Positions 19,149-28,475 of a stretch of DNA of 52,119 nt are shown one piece after another; within the stretch, counting starts at the first letter, position 1; every line of letters starts with the position of its first letter. This DNA is from Kiritimatiellia bacterium (GTDB taxonomy: Bacteria > Verrucomicrobiota > Kiritimatiellia > RFP12 > UBA1067). The position numbers and the translations under genes are program-made. The stretch lies in assembly GCA_045600365.1 (NCBI GenBank), contig JAZRXT010000103.1:1-52119 (forward strand). The letters run 5' to 3'. Below the pieces are notes generated by a model, which had not been told where the DNA came from, ran no database searches, and worked only from the letters and a program-made list of their open reading frames with translations.

Positions 19149-20483
19149 GTGAACAGTACGCTTGAAAAGATCGCCGCCGCGCCGAACGAGTATCCCTTCG
19201 ATGTGGGGACACTGGGGGAATGCACCATCTCCTCCCCCATAAGGCATCACGACTTCGTCCCCGACGGCGAGCGGATCTTCATCGGCGAAAGCCGCGAACT
19301 GCTGGCTGAACTCGCCAGCCGCCTCGGCCACGAGGCGTCCTTCGAACGGGCAGGCGCAAAGGAGAAGATATTCCACGACCCCAGCTGGACGCGCGCGGCA
19401 ATCCTGACGGCCGGCGGACTCTGCCCCGGGCTCAACAACGTGATCAAGGGCCTGGTGGAGATCCTGATCGCCGACTACGGCATCAAGACCGTCTACGGTA
19501 TCCGCTACGGCTACGCCGGGCTCAACCCCGACCGCGGATACGAGCCGATGCTGCTTGACCTCGAGACCGTGGACACCATCCACACCACGGGCGGAACCAT
19601 CCTCGGCAGCTCGCGCGGCACCCAGTCCACGGAGACCATCGTGACCACGCTGATGCGCATGAACATCAATGTCCTGTTCTGCATCGGCGGTGACGGCTCA
19701 CTGCGCTGCGCCCACGACATAGCGGTTGCCTGCCAGAAGAAGGGCCTGTCCATCTCGGTGGTGGGCGTGCCCAAGACCATCGACAACGACCTCCAGTTCG
19801 TGGGACCCTCCTTCGGCTTCGTCACCGCGGTGGACGAGGCCGGCAGCGTAATCGGCAGCGCCCACGTGGAGGCAAAGGGCACACCGCGCGGAATCGGCCT
19901 GGTAAAGCTGATGGGACGCGACTCCGGCTTCATCGCGACGTGCGCCTCGCTCGCCAACAGCGTGGTGAATTTCTGCCTGGTGCCGGAGATCGACTTTGAA
20001 CTCGAAGGTCCCCGCGGGCTGTTCACCGCCCTCGAGCGCCGCTTTGCCTCGGGCAAGAACCATGCGGTGGTGGTGGTGGCCGAGGGCGCAGGCCAGCATC
20101 TTCTCGAAGGCGACGCCGGGCGCGACGCGAGCGGCAACGTGCTGAAGAAGGACATCGGCGAATTCCTGCGGCGGCGCATAACCGAGTACTTCAAGACCAG
20201 GGGCATAGAATCGAGCGTCAAGTACTTCGATCCCTCGTACACCATCAGAAGCGTGCCGGCGCGCGGCACCGACACCATCCGCTGCTACATGCTCGCCCGC
20301 AATGCGGTGCACGCGGCGATGGCGGGACGCACCGACTGCGTCGTCGGCTCGGTAGGCGACTACTACACGCTCGTCCCCATCAAGCTGGCGACGATCGAGC
20401 GCCAGCGCATTGACCTCTCAAGCGAACTCTGGCGCGGCGTAATGGACTCGACCGACCAGGAGAGATATTTCGAAGCCAACTGA
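19149..20483 (+). CDS. pfkA: ATP-dependent 6-phosphofructokinase (group II, long type)
   Basis: TAGGLCPGLN, GGTILGSSRG, IGGDGS (GGDG indicates ATP use), PKTIDND, KLMGRDSGF, AEGAGQ, DPSYTIRS. Confidence 0.92.
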   Translation: MNSTLEKIAAAPNEYPFDVGTLGECTISSPIRHHDFVPDGERIFIGESRELLAELASRLGHEASFERAGAKEKIFHDPSWTRAAILTAGGLCPGLNNVIKGLVEILIADYGIKTVYGIRYGYAGLNPDRGYEPMLLDLETVDTIHTTGGTILGSSRGTQSTETIVTTLMRMNINVLFCIGGDGSLRCAHDIAVACQKKGLSISVVGVPKTIDNDLQFVGPSFGFVTAVDEAGSVIGSAHVEAKGTPRGIGLVKLMGRDSGFIATCASLANSVVNFCLVPEIDFELEGPRGLFTALERRFASGKNHAVVVVAEGAGQHLLEGDAGRDASGNVLKKDIGEFLRRRITEYFKTRGIESSVKYFDPSYTIRSVPARGTDTIRCYMLARNAVHAAMAGRTDCVVGSVGDYYTLVPIKLATIERQRIDLSSELWRGVMDSTDQERYFEAN

Positions 20484-20494
20484 GGAACCGGCAA

Positions 20495-21355
20495 ATGCCC
20501 ATCGACGACTACGAGCTGATTGACTCAGGCGACGGTAGGAAATACGAGCGCTTCGGCAACGTGTCGCTAGTGCGGCCCTGCTCCCAGGCGCTGTGGCGCC
20601 CATCCTGTCCATCCACCTGGAACCGGGCCACCGCCAGCTTCGACCGCGAAGACGGCAATTGCTGGCATGGCCGCGGCGCCCTGCCCAAGGAATGGAACAT
20701 CACCACGGCGGGCATCAGATTCCGCCTCTCGGGAACCGACTTCGGCCATCTGGGAATTTTTCCGGAGCAGCGTGCCCAGTGGAGATGGATTCGCGATACG
20801 GTGTCCGCCGCGGCAAAAGGGACAAAACGGCCTACCGTGCTCAACCTCTTTGCCTATTCTGGCGGGTCGACACTGGCCGCGGCGCTAGGTGGCGCCGAAG
20901 TCTGCCACCTCGACGCCTCCAAGGGCATGGTGCAGTGGGCACGCACCAACGCCTCGCTCAACGCCCTTGACAACCATCCCATTCGCTGGATTGTCGACGA
21001 CGCCCACAAGTTCCTCGCCCGCGAGGCTAGACGGGGCCGCACTTACGATGCCGTGATCTTCGATCCCCCCACGTTCGGACGCGGCGCCAACGGGGAAATG
21101 TACAAGATAGAACGCGACCTGCACACCACGATCGAACTGGTGAAGGGCGTGCTGTCGCCCAGCCCGCTGTTCGTTCTCTTTTCCTCCCACACCCCTGGTC
21201 TATCCTGCATAGTGGCCGAGAACATCATGTCGCAGGCCTTCCCCACGGCGAAGAAGGTCGAGAGCGGAGAAATGCTGCTGGAACAGTCCACCCGCTCCAC
21301 CCCCCAACGCCACTGCCCTTCCGGCATCTTCTGCCGCGCCAACTGGCTTGCATGA
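20495..21355 (+). CDS. class I SAM-dependent methyltransferase (RlmI/RlmK-related)
   Basis: YELIDSGDGRKYERFG, HLGIFPEQ, VLNLFAYSGG, DPPTFGRG. Confidence 0.85.
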   Translation: MPIDDYELIDSGDGRKYERFGNVSLVRPCSQALWRPSCPSTWNRATASFDREDGNCWHGRGALPKEWNITTAGIRFRLSGTDFGHLGIFPEQRAQWRWIRDTVSAAAKGTKRPTVLNLFAYSGGSTLAAALGGAEVCHLDASKGMVQWARTNASLNALDNHPIRWIVDDAHKFLAREARRGRTYDAVIFDPPTFGRGANGEMYKIERDLHTTIELVKGVLSPSPLFVLFSSHTPGLSCIVAENIMSQAFPTAKKVESGEMLLEQSTRSTPQRHCPSGIFCRANWLA

Positions 21356-21377
21356 ATTTAAAGGATGGCGCGAATCC

Positions 21378-21426
21378 CATTCCTCATTCCTAATTTCTAA
21401 TTCTCCATTCCTAATTCCTAATTCAT
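21378..21426. repeat. tandem 7 bp array (c/a)ATTCCT, about 7 units
   Basis: cattcct cattcct aatttct aattctc cattcct aattcct aattcat. Confidence 0.85.
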
Positions 21427-21442
21427 TTATAATTTACAAGGC

Positions 21443-21605
21443 TGTTGATAACTTTATCATAACTTCGGCATGATTTAATATATCTTTTGCTTGATTTTTA
21501 CGCTGACTTTACAAACCCCCTTATTTTATTGGACAAAATCAACATTGACCTTCGGATTTTGTCGCATAACGAAATCTTGCGAACACCATTCAAAACTGTT
21601 GATAA
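21443..21605. promoter_or_regulatory. DnaA-box cluster 1 (TTATCAACA type)
   Basis: tgttgataa 21443-21451, ttatcataa 21454-21462, tgttgataa 21597-21605, in AT-rich DNA. Confidence 0.6.
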
Positions 21606-21637
21606 TAGTAGACAGTAACGCCATAGGGCTGAAATCA

Positions 21638-21710
21638 CTCCACGAGGGAAAACGAAAACTCCACAAGGGGAGACGCGATTCTCCACAAGGGAAAACGAAA
21701 ACTCTACAAT
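21638..21710. repeat. 21-22 bp phased direct repeats (about 3.4 units)
   Basis: ctccacgagggaaaacgaaaa / ctccacaaggggagacgcgatt / ctccacaagggaaaacgaaaa / ctctacaat. Confidence 0.85.
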
Positions 21711-21734
21711 GGGGGGGAGGCAATGGGAGCCACA

Positions 21735-21855
21735 AGTTAAATTCGCTGCGCTCATAAATGCCCTTCGGGCTAAATTCACTTCGTTCATAAATGGTTCTTG
21801 TGGATGTGATGATTGGATTATTATCTGAAGTGCATTTATTCGTGAAGCGAATTTA
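21735..21855. repeat. dispersed REP-like element, copy 1
   Basis: 21735-21777 matches 50640-50682 at 42 of 43 bp; contains a GCCC-TTCG-GGC hairpin; further TAAATTCGCTTCGCTCATAAATG-like units at 21771-21793 and, inverted, at 21833-21855. Confidence 0.85.
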
Positions 21856-22094
21856 AACATTTATGAATATGTGGGTGTATGACGGTTGGATTGCCCGAAA
21901 GGACATTCTTTTCCCAACCTCTTTCCGTGCCGCGCGAAGCGTGATTCCGTGGTCAAAAAAACAAAGGGCGCATGGCGGCAGCACCCCCCGCAGCGGGAAC
22001 AGACACCATATTAGGATTAAATCGCAGTGCTCATAAATGGCTACACACTAGCAACTCCACACCTACGCAACTACGTCCACACCAGCACCAGCAA

Positions 22095-22142
22095 ATTTAA
22101 CCATTTAACCATTCAACTATTTAACCATTTAACTATTTAACT
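22095..22142. repeat. tandem 8 bp array ATTTAAC(C/T) x6 upstream of mnmG
   Basis: atttaacc atttaacc attcaact atttaacc atttaact atttaact. Confidence 0.92.
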
Positions 22143-22170
22143 CTCTCTGGTTTTATGCTATAATAAGTCT

Positions 22171-24045
22171 ATGGAAAACAAAAGATACGATGTGGTGGTT
22201 TGCGGTGGCGGACACGCTGGCGCCGAAGCTGCTTTGATATGCGCCAGGATGGGGGTGAGCACCCTGCTCATAACCAGTAGAACTGACGCCATTGCGCGTA
22301 TGCCATGTAATCCATCGATTGGCGGATTGGCCAAAAGCCACCTTGTATTCGAACTGGACGCCCTGGGCGGTGAAATGGGATTCAATGCCGACCTCACCTC
22401 GCTCCAGGAAAAGACCCTGAACACTAGCCGCGGGCCTGCGGTGCGAGCAACTCGGGCACAGTGTGACAAGTCAGAATACACCCAGAGGATGCAGCGGGTA
22501 ATTGCCCAGCAAGCCAACCTAACCGTGCTAGAAGACGCAGTAGTAGACATCCTGCTGGATGAATCCAATCAATGTGCCACGTGGCACATCGCGAACGACG
22601 GCCAAACAGGACAAAGCCATCTATACGGGGTTATAACTAAAAGTAGTGGTATAATACTCGCAAATAATGCAATTATAACCTCTGGGACCTCGCTGAGGGG
22701 ACGAATATGGATTGGTAAGGACGGTACACCGTCCGGCGGCGATGGCAGGCCTGCCGTGGACGAGCTTAGCAACTCGCTGAAGAGACTTGGATTCGAACTC
22801 ATACGACTGAAAACCGGAACTCCACCGCGCCTGAAGGCGTCAAGTATAGACTTTTCCAAGACCATCCAGCAACCCGGGGAAGACAATCCGCCGTTCTTTT
22901 CACTAATGACATACTCCGTTCTGAAGGAATGTGCCACGTGGCACATTGGCGATGAAGAACACTATCCCTACGCTCCTTGGGTGCCAAACTCGCCACAACT
23001 CAGTTGCTGGGCTACCCATACCACACCGGAATCCCATAGGATAATTAGAGACCATCTGGCGGACAGTTCTCTCTATGGCGGACCTATCACCGGTACTGGG
23101 GTGAGATATTGTCCTTCCATCGAGGACAAGATAGTCAGATTCAAGGATGCGCAAAGCCACCATGTAATACTCGAACCCGAAGACCGCGCTGGCACGATAA
23201 TCTATCCCAACGGGCTATCCAACAGTCTGCCCCGGAACGTGCAGGAGGAGCTGGTTCATTCGGTGCCTGGCCTTGAACACGCCGAATTTCTGGCCTATGC
23301 CTACGCCATAGAATACGATGGCATCGACCCTCGGGAACTGAAACACACCCTCGAATCAAAGCGAATCGGCGGCCTGTATTTTGCCGGCCAGATCAATGGC
23401 ACGACTGGCTATGAGGAAGCTGCAGCCCAGGGGATAATTGCCGGCATAAACGCTGCCTTTGCTGCCCAGGGCAAAGCACCATTGGTACTCAGCCGACAGG
23501 ATGCCTATATCGGAGTGATGATCGATGACCTGGTTACCAAAGGAACAGATGAACCGTACAGGATGTTCACCAGCAGGGCGGAGAGGCGTCTGATTCTACG
23601 CCAGGATAATGCCCGATACAGACTTGCCGATGCCGCTGACCGAGTGGGCGTGCTTCCTGAGGAAATAAGGAATGAAACCAGACGCTTTGCCACGCTCATA
23701 GAGGAAATCGAAAAGGACGAAAAGGTGCTTGCGCATGTCCTGGAGAATCCCCACGACGGAAATGGTTCCATACCGCCGGAGGTGGTGGAGCAGCTTAGAA
23801 TCAGAAAACTCTATGCCTGCTATATCAAGCAGGAGGAGATTGCCGCCGAGCGGGCAAAACAAGATGAGGCTATCGTAATACCCCAATGGCTGGATTATGA
23901 TAAATGCACATCGGTAAGATATGAGAGCCGGGAAAAGCTCAAGCGGTATCGGCCGGAAAATCTTGCCCAGGCATTACGCATTCCAGGTGTCAATCCGGCA
24001 GATGTTGCCATCCTGGCGATTATCATCAGACGTGGGCACGTATAG
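22171..24045 (+). CDS. mnmG: tRNA uridine-5-carboxymethylaminomethyl modification enzyme MnmG (GidA)
   Basis: [70 protein letters not shown]. TGcTATAAT lies 6 nt upstream of the ATG. Confidence 0.97.
   Translation: MENKRYDVVVCGGGHAGAEAALICARMGVSTLLITSRTDAIARMPCNPSIGGLAKSHLVFELDALGGEMGFNADLTSLQEKTLNTSRGPAVRATRAQCDKSEYTQRMQRVIAQQANLTVLEDAVVDILLDESNQCATWHIANDGQTGQSHLYGVITKSSGIILANNAIITSGTSLRGRIWIGKDGTPSGGDGRPAVDELSNSLKRLGFELIRLKTGTPPRLKASSIDFSKTIQQPGEDNPPFFSLMTYSVLKECATWHIGDEEHYPYAPWVPNSPQLSCWATHTTPESHRIIRDHLADSSLYGGPITGTGVRYCPSIEDKIVRFKDAQSHHVILEPEDRAGTIIYPNGLSNSLPRNVQEELVHSVPGLEHAEFLAYAYAIEYDGIDPRELKHTLESKRIGGLYFAGQINGTTGYEEAAAQGIIAGINAAFAAQGKAPLVLSRQDAYIGVMIDDLVTKGTDEPYRMFTSRAERRLILRQDNARYRLADAADRVGVLPEEIRNETRRFATLIEEIEKDEKVLAHVLENPHDGNGSIPPEVVEQLRIRKLYACYIKQEEIAAERAKQDEAIVIPQWLDYDKCTSVRYESREKLKRYRPENLAQALRIPGVNPADVAILAIIIRRGHV
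22573..22588. promoter_or_regulatory. parS-like palindrome 1, TGTGCCACGTGGCACA (inside mnmG)
   Basis: Perfect 16 bp palindrome (18 bp with flanks); differs from the known parS TGTTCCACGTGGAACA only at symmetric positions 4 and 13; about 4 kb from dnaA. Confidence 0.7.
22930..22945. promoter_or_regulatory. parS-like palindrome 2, TGTGCCACGTGGCACA (inside mnmG)
   Basis: Identical core; the perfect palindrome extends to 20 bp (22928-22947). Confidence 0.7.
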
Positions 24046-24090
24046 TTGATGGTTAAACAGTTAAATGGTTAAATGCTTAAACTGGTTAGA
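24044..24090. repeat. 8 bp array (G/A)GTTAAA(T/C), reverse complement of the array upstream of mnmG
   Basis: agttgat ggttaaac agttaaat ggttaaat gcttaaac tggttaga. Confidence 0.8.
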
Positions 24091-24224
24091 GTGGGTGGTG
24101 GATGGAGTGATGGTGGATGGGTGGGTGTAAGGTCAGAGAGGTTTGCTGTAAATCTCTAATGCACAGATTATGCGACATATTTATTTCTTGTCATACCCAG
24201 GCATTTTTGCTATAATCTAAAACC

Positions 24225-26573
24225 ATGAAAAATAGAAAATTCTGGATTTGTGCGCTTTTAGCGGTGATCTCCTTTGGTTTGATGGCCGCAGGATCAACGG
24301 AGGCGACCGATGGGGCCACCAAGGCCCTGTTCCAGCCGGAGGAGCTTCCGCTCACGGAGAAGATGACGTTGCTGGCGCTGCAAATTGGTTTGATTCTATT
24401 TGCGGCTAAACTGGGCGGTATGCTCGCGTCGCTGTTCAAGCTACCGTCGGTGTTGGGCGAACTCGGGGCCGGCGTGGTCATCGGTCCCTGGGCGCTCGGT
24501 GGGATTGGCTTCGGTTCCGGATTGTTCAAATTCGGTCTTTTCCGTGGCGGCGAACTTGCCGCGCAGGCTGCGGCCACCGGCAACGTTCCCTTTGCCGTTA
24601 CTCCGGAACTGTACGGTATCTGCACCATCGCCAGCGTTATTCTGCTGTTCATGTCTGGCATTGAAACCGATCTCAAGATGTTTCTGCGGTTCGCCTTTGC
24701 CGGTTCGCTGGTGGGTATCGGCGGTGTGGTGTTTTCATTTCTATTCGGCGACTTCTGCGCCATCTATGCGGTGAAGGTGTTTCCCGATCTCCTTGGCAAC
24801 ATCGCCTGCCTGAAGGAGCTAGGGGACATGGTCAGTTCTGGCCAGATAATGAGAGCCATCCTCTCGCCGGCCGCAATGTTCATGGGCATCATGTCCACGG
24901 CTACCTCCGTGGGAATAACGGCGCGCATTCTCTCGGAGCGTCGGAAGATGGACTCCGAGGAGGGGGTGACCATCATGGCCGGGGCTGTGATCGACGACGT
25001 GCTGGGCATCATCGTGCTTGCCATCGGCATGGGCATTATCGGTTCGCAGCAAGCCAACGCGGCGGCACAGGAAACCGCCAAGGCGGGAATTCCCTGGGGC
25101 AATATCGGGATGACGGCGCTGAAGGCAATCGGCATCTGGCTTGGCGGCACCATGCTGGGGATAGTGTTCGCCCGCAAGATCTCGTTCCTGCTGAAGATGT
25201 TCCGCAGTCCGGTGGCGATCGGAACGCTGGCTTTCGGTCTCTCGCTGGTAATCGCCGGTCTGTTCGAAGCGCTGGGACTCACGCTGATCATCGGTGCCTA
25301 TGTCATTGGTCTTGCCCTCAGCAAGACCGACATCAAGCACATGATTCAGGAAAACCTTGAATCGGTCTACACCTTCCTGGTGCCGGTGTTCTTCTGCGTA
25401 ATGGGCATGATGGTCGATTGCAACGCCCTGTGTTCGAAGCCAGTCCTGATATTCGGCGGAATATACACCATCCTCGCCGTGTTCGCAAAAGTGCTTGGAT
25501 GCGCGATTCCATCGTACTTCTGCGGATTCAATATTCTGGGTTCGCTGCGGGTTGGATCGGGCATGATTCCGCGTGGCGAAGTTGCCCTTATCATCGCCGG
25601 CATCGGTCTTTCCAACGGGTTCTTGACTCAGGAGGTGTTTGGCATCGGCATCATGATGACGCTCATCACCACCATCATCGCCCCGCCCTGCCTGGTTGCA
25701 CTTTTCAATACCAGGAAATCTGGCGTGAGGGGCAGGCGCAAGGCGAACACCGAAGGTTCAAGTCCGTTCAGCTTCACGCTGCCCAACATCTGGACGGCGA
25801 AGCTGATGCTCGATCGCCTGATCAACACTTTCAGGCACGAGGGATTCTACACCTATTGTCTGAATGCGCGCGAGAACATCTGGGAAGTGGTGATGAACGA
25901 CATAGAGATTTCCATCAAACGCGAGGAAGACAAGATCTGCTTTGAGTCCACCCCCAACGAGGAGGCATTGATAACCAGTGCCTGGATGGAGGCTGCCGGG
26001 GAAATCAACGAATTGGCCAACGCGATTTCCAAGCCTATCCGCAATAAGGAGATTGGCGACATCCTCAAGAACGAGGCCAGCGAGATGATGCAGCAGAACA
26101 CCTCGGCCCGCCATATCCAGCAGTTCGTGATGATTCCGAATTTCACGGCTGCCAGCAAGGTTGACGCGATAAACAAGCTCATAGACAAAATCAACGAAAA
26201 TCGGCCTGGCATGATCTCCGATGTGGAAAAGGTTCGTAAGGCTGTATTTGCTAGAGAAGAATCAATGCCAACTGGGCTTAACAACGGAATTGCGGTTCCC
26301 CATGGCCGCACTGATGCCGTAAAGGAAATTATCGGAGCTGTTGCGATTGTGGATAATTCATCCAATGACAACGGCATCATTCCCGACTACGAAACCATCG
26401 ATCATTCGGCCATTCAGATAATAGTTCTTACGCTCGCGCCGACAAGCGGACAGGCGCCGTATCTCCAGCTGATGGCAAGCATTACGACGAAGCTCAAATG
26501 CAAAAACGGTCATGAACAGCTGCTTGAATGTAAAACTCCCGAGCAAATGAAGAATTTCTTCAAACAAAAGTAA
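24225..26573 (+). CDS. CPA2-family cation:proton antiporter with C-terminal PTS EIIA domain
   Basis: Many TM helices with LPSVLGEL, LFMSGIETD, ATSVGIT, AVIDDVLG, GMIPRGEV; C-terminal REESMPTGLNNGIAVPHGR. Confidence 0.88.
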   Translation: MKNRKFWICALLAVISFGLMAAGSTEATDGATKALFQPEELPLTEKMTLLALQIGLILFAAKLGGMLASLFKLPSVLGELGAGVVIGPWALGGIGFGSGLFKFGLFRGGELAAQAAATGNVPFAVTPELYGICTIASVILLFMSGIETDLKMFLRFAFAGSLVGIGGVVFSFLFGDFCAIYAVKVFPDLLGNIACLKELGDMVSSGQIMRAILSPAAMFMGIMSTATSVGITARILSERRKMDSEEGVTIMAGAVIDDVLGIIVLAIGMGIIGSQQANAAAQETAKAGIPWGNIGMTALKAIGIWLGGTMLGIVFARKISFLLKMFRSPVAIGTLAFGLSLVIAGLFEALGLTLIIGAYVIGLALSKTDIKHMIQENLESVYTFLVPVFFCVMGMMVDCNALCSKPVLIFGGIYTILAVFAKVLGCAIPSYFCGFNILGSLRVGSGMIPRGEVALIIAGIGLSNGFLTQEVFGIGIMMTLITTIIAPPCLVALFNTRKSGVRGRRKANTEGSSPFSFTLPNIWTAKLMLDRLINTFRHEGFYTYCLNARENIWEVVMNDIEISIKREEDKICFESTPNEEALITSAWMEAAGEINELANAISKPIRNKEIGDILKNEASEMMQQNTSARHIQQFVMIPNFTAASKVDAINKLIDKINENRPGMISDVEKVRKAVFAREESMPTGLNNGIAVPHGRTDAVKEIIGAVAIVDNSSNDNGIIPDYETIDHSAIQIIVLTLAPTSGQAPYLQLMASITTKLKCKNGHEQLLECKTPEQMKNFFKQK

Positions 26574-26592
26574 TTTTTGTTAATATATATTA

Positions 26593-26627
26593 TTATCCAC
26601 ACAGTTATCAACATAACCTGTTGATAA
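26593..26627. promoter_or_regulatory. DnaA-box cluster 2 upstream of dnaA
   Basis: TTATCCACA 26593-26601 (canonical), TTATCAACA 26605-26613, TGTTGATAA 26619-26627. Confidence 0.85.
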
Positions 26628-26727
26628 CATGTAGATATTGTATTACTTTTTTTTGATGATTTTTTAGATAAAATATGGTTGAATATTAGCGCTCTTGAAA
26701 AAAAGTTTTTTTAGAAGAAGGTTCAAA

Positions 26728-28194
26728 GTGGACAAAGAACTGTTTAACAGCGATATGTTCTGGCATTTACTGCTAGAAAAAGTTCGGTCGTATCTCGGCA
26801 GCGAACAAGAGAAAAGCCGCATTGACCGATACCTTCACGGCGTTACCTCGCACATGCTGGAGGATGGAAGGTATGTCATCGGGGTTCCAGAACAGATTCA
26901 GGCGGAACTATTTGCTCCACTGTACACGAAGCCGCTTGAAAAGGCGCTTATGGAACTCGGGGCTGGCGATGGAATCGAGGTCAAGTTCATAGTCAGGGAT
27001 GAAAATTCCGGGCATGTCGAGCTTTCTCCAAACATCCTGTATGGCGATCGAGGTGATAAAAAAGAAGAGAAGGCGAATGCAGCGCCGGCAGATGTTGACC
27101 CGCACCCGCACGCAAAACCTCCGATGGTGCGCGGAATACCGTCCACAATGCCCTTGCATGAGAACTACACCTTTGATAACTTCGTTCGCGGTCCGTCCAA
27201 TTCATTTGCCCACGCGGCGGCGAAGGCTGTGGCGAAAGGTCCGGGTAGAACATCCTACAATCCCCTGTTCATCTATGGCGGCACCGGTCTGGGAAAGACC
27301 CATCTCATGGAGGCGATTGGTCACCAGGTACTGAAGGAGAATCCGTCCGCATCGGTCTGCTACATAACCTCGGAAACATTTCTCAACGAATACGTGAACG
27401 CCATCGCCAACGATTCGATGCCAGCCTTTCGCGAAAGATACAGAAACGTCGACGTGTTCCTTCTGGACGATGTGCAGTTCATTGCGGGCAAGAAGCAGTT
27501 CCAGGAGGAGTTCTTCAACACCTTCAGTTCCCTAATGCTCTACCACAAGCAGATTGTAATGACGAGCGACGTGGCGCCAAAGGACATCAAGGACTGTGAA
27601 GAAAGACTGATCGGTCGCTTTCAGCAGGGAATGGCGGTAGAAATCGAAACGCCAACCTACGAAACACGTCTGGCCATTCTAAAGTTCAAGGCGCATGGCA
27701 CCCAGCACGTCATACCAGACGAGATTCTCAACTACATTGCGGAGCACATCAGGTCGCACGTGCGAGCCATCGAAGGCGCCTTGCTGCGGGTGGTTACCTA
27801 CATGGATATCAATCCCGGCCTTCCATTGACCGTGGAAATTCTTTCGCACCTGCTGAAGGACTCCATCGAGGAAGAGGAAACCATCAAGGATCTAACGGTC
27901 AACCAGATCATCAAGACCGTGGCAGAATTCTACAACGTTACAGTGGACGAGATTTCGTCAGATCGTAGAACCCAGACGCTGGTCACTCCCCGCCAGGTGG
28001 CCATGTTCCTTTCGCGCAAGCTTACATCGCTTTCATTTCCAGAAATCGCCAAGGTGTTCGACAAGACGCATGCGACGGTACACCACGGTATGCAGGCCAT
28101 CCAGAAGCGAATGGATGTTGAGTCAGAACTGAGAAGGGCGCTCGAGCAGATAACCGTGAAGCTGGGAAGAAAATACACGGATATCACCGAGTGA
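26728..28194 (+). CDS. dnaA: chromosomal replication initiator DnaA
   Basis: YTFDNFVRGPSN, YNPLFIYGGTGLGKTHL, LLDDVQF, QEEFF, RAIEGAL, PRQVAMFL. Start is GTG 26728 or TTG 26695. Confidence 0.97.
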   Translation: MDKELFNSDMFWHLLLEKVRSYLGSEQEKSRIDRYLHGVTSHMLEDGRYVIGVPEQIQAELFAPLYTKPLEKALMELGAGDGIEVKFIVRDENSGHVELSPNILYGDRGDKKEEKANAAPADVDPHPHAKPPMVRGIPSTMPLHENYTFDNFVRGPSNSFAHAAAKAVAKGPGRTSYNPLFIYGGTGLGKTHLMEAIGHQVLKENPSASVCYITSETFLNEYVNAIANDSMPAFRERYRNVDVFLLDDVQFIAGKKQFQEEFFNTFSSLMLYHKQIVMTSDVAPKDIKDCEERLIGRFQQGMAVEIETPTYETRLAILKFKAHGTQHVIPDEILNYIAEHIRSHVRAIEGALLRVVTYMDINPGLPLTVEILSHLLKDSIEEEETIKDLTVNQIIKTVAEFYNVTVDEISSDRRTQTLVTPRQVAMFLSRKLTSLSFPEIAKVFDKTHATVHHGMQAIQKRMDVESELRRALEQITVKLGRKYTDITE

Positions 28195-28440
28195 CAAGCT
28201 GTGAAGATTCTTTCGGCAAGCTGTTCACATCTGGCGCAGTTATCGAAAGATTTCGTGACGCGATGAAAATATCTTATTTTATTGAAAGCCGATCAACACG
28301 GATATCTACAGCCGCAAAGTCATTCATCCCTTTTAAAATAAGGGCCAACTGGAGTTATCAACATATCTAACACTTCTAATATTACTATATTTTATTCTTT
28401 ACTTTGATTAATATATTAGGTAAAATATTAGCCAAGCAAA
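28195..28440. other. probable oriC unwinding region (dnaA-dnaN intergenic)
   Basis: Degenerate boxes, then TTATCAACA 28355-28363 followed by a trio-like run TAA CAC TTC TAA TAT TAC TAT (28368-28388) and an AT-rich tract. Confidence 0.7.
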
Positions 28441-28475
28441 AAATCTCATCCGGCATAGCCAAAAGGAGTTAGTCA

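Noticed and set aside
21638-21860. Possible mini-CRISPR from the 21-23 bp repeats
   Set aside because: The repeats are adjacent or separated by about 10 bp only; no spacer-sized unique sequence.
21498-21860. 120 aa minus-strand ORF and overlapping small ORFs in the intergenic region
   Set aside because: They run through repeat arrays and DnaA boxes, with no recognisable motif or ribosome-binding site.
27754-27765. Palindrome TCGCACGTGCGA in dnaA as a third parS-like site
   Set aside because: It shares only the CACGTG core, lacks the TGT...ACA arms and encodes ordinary SHVR residues.
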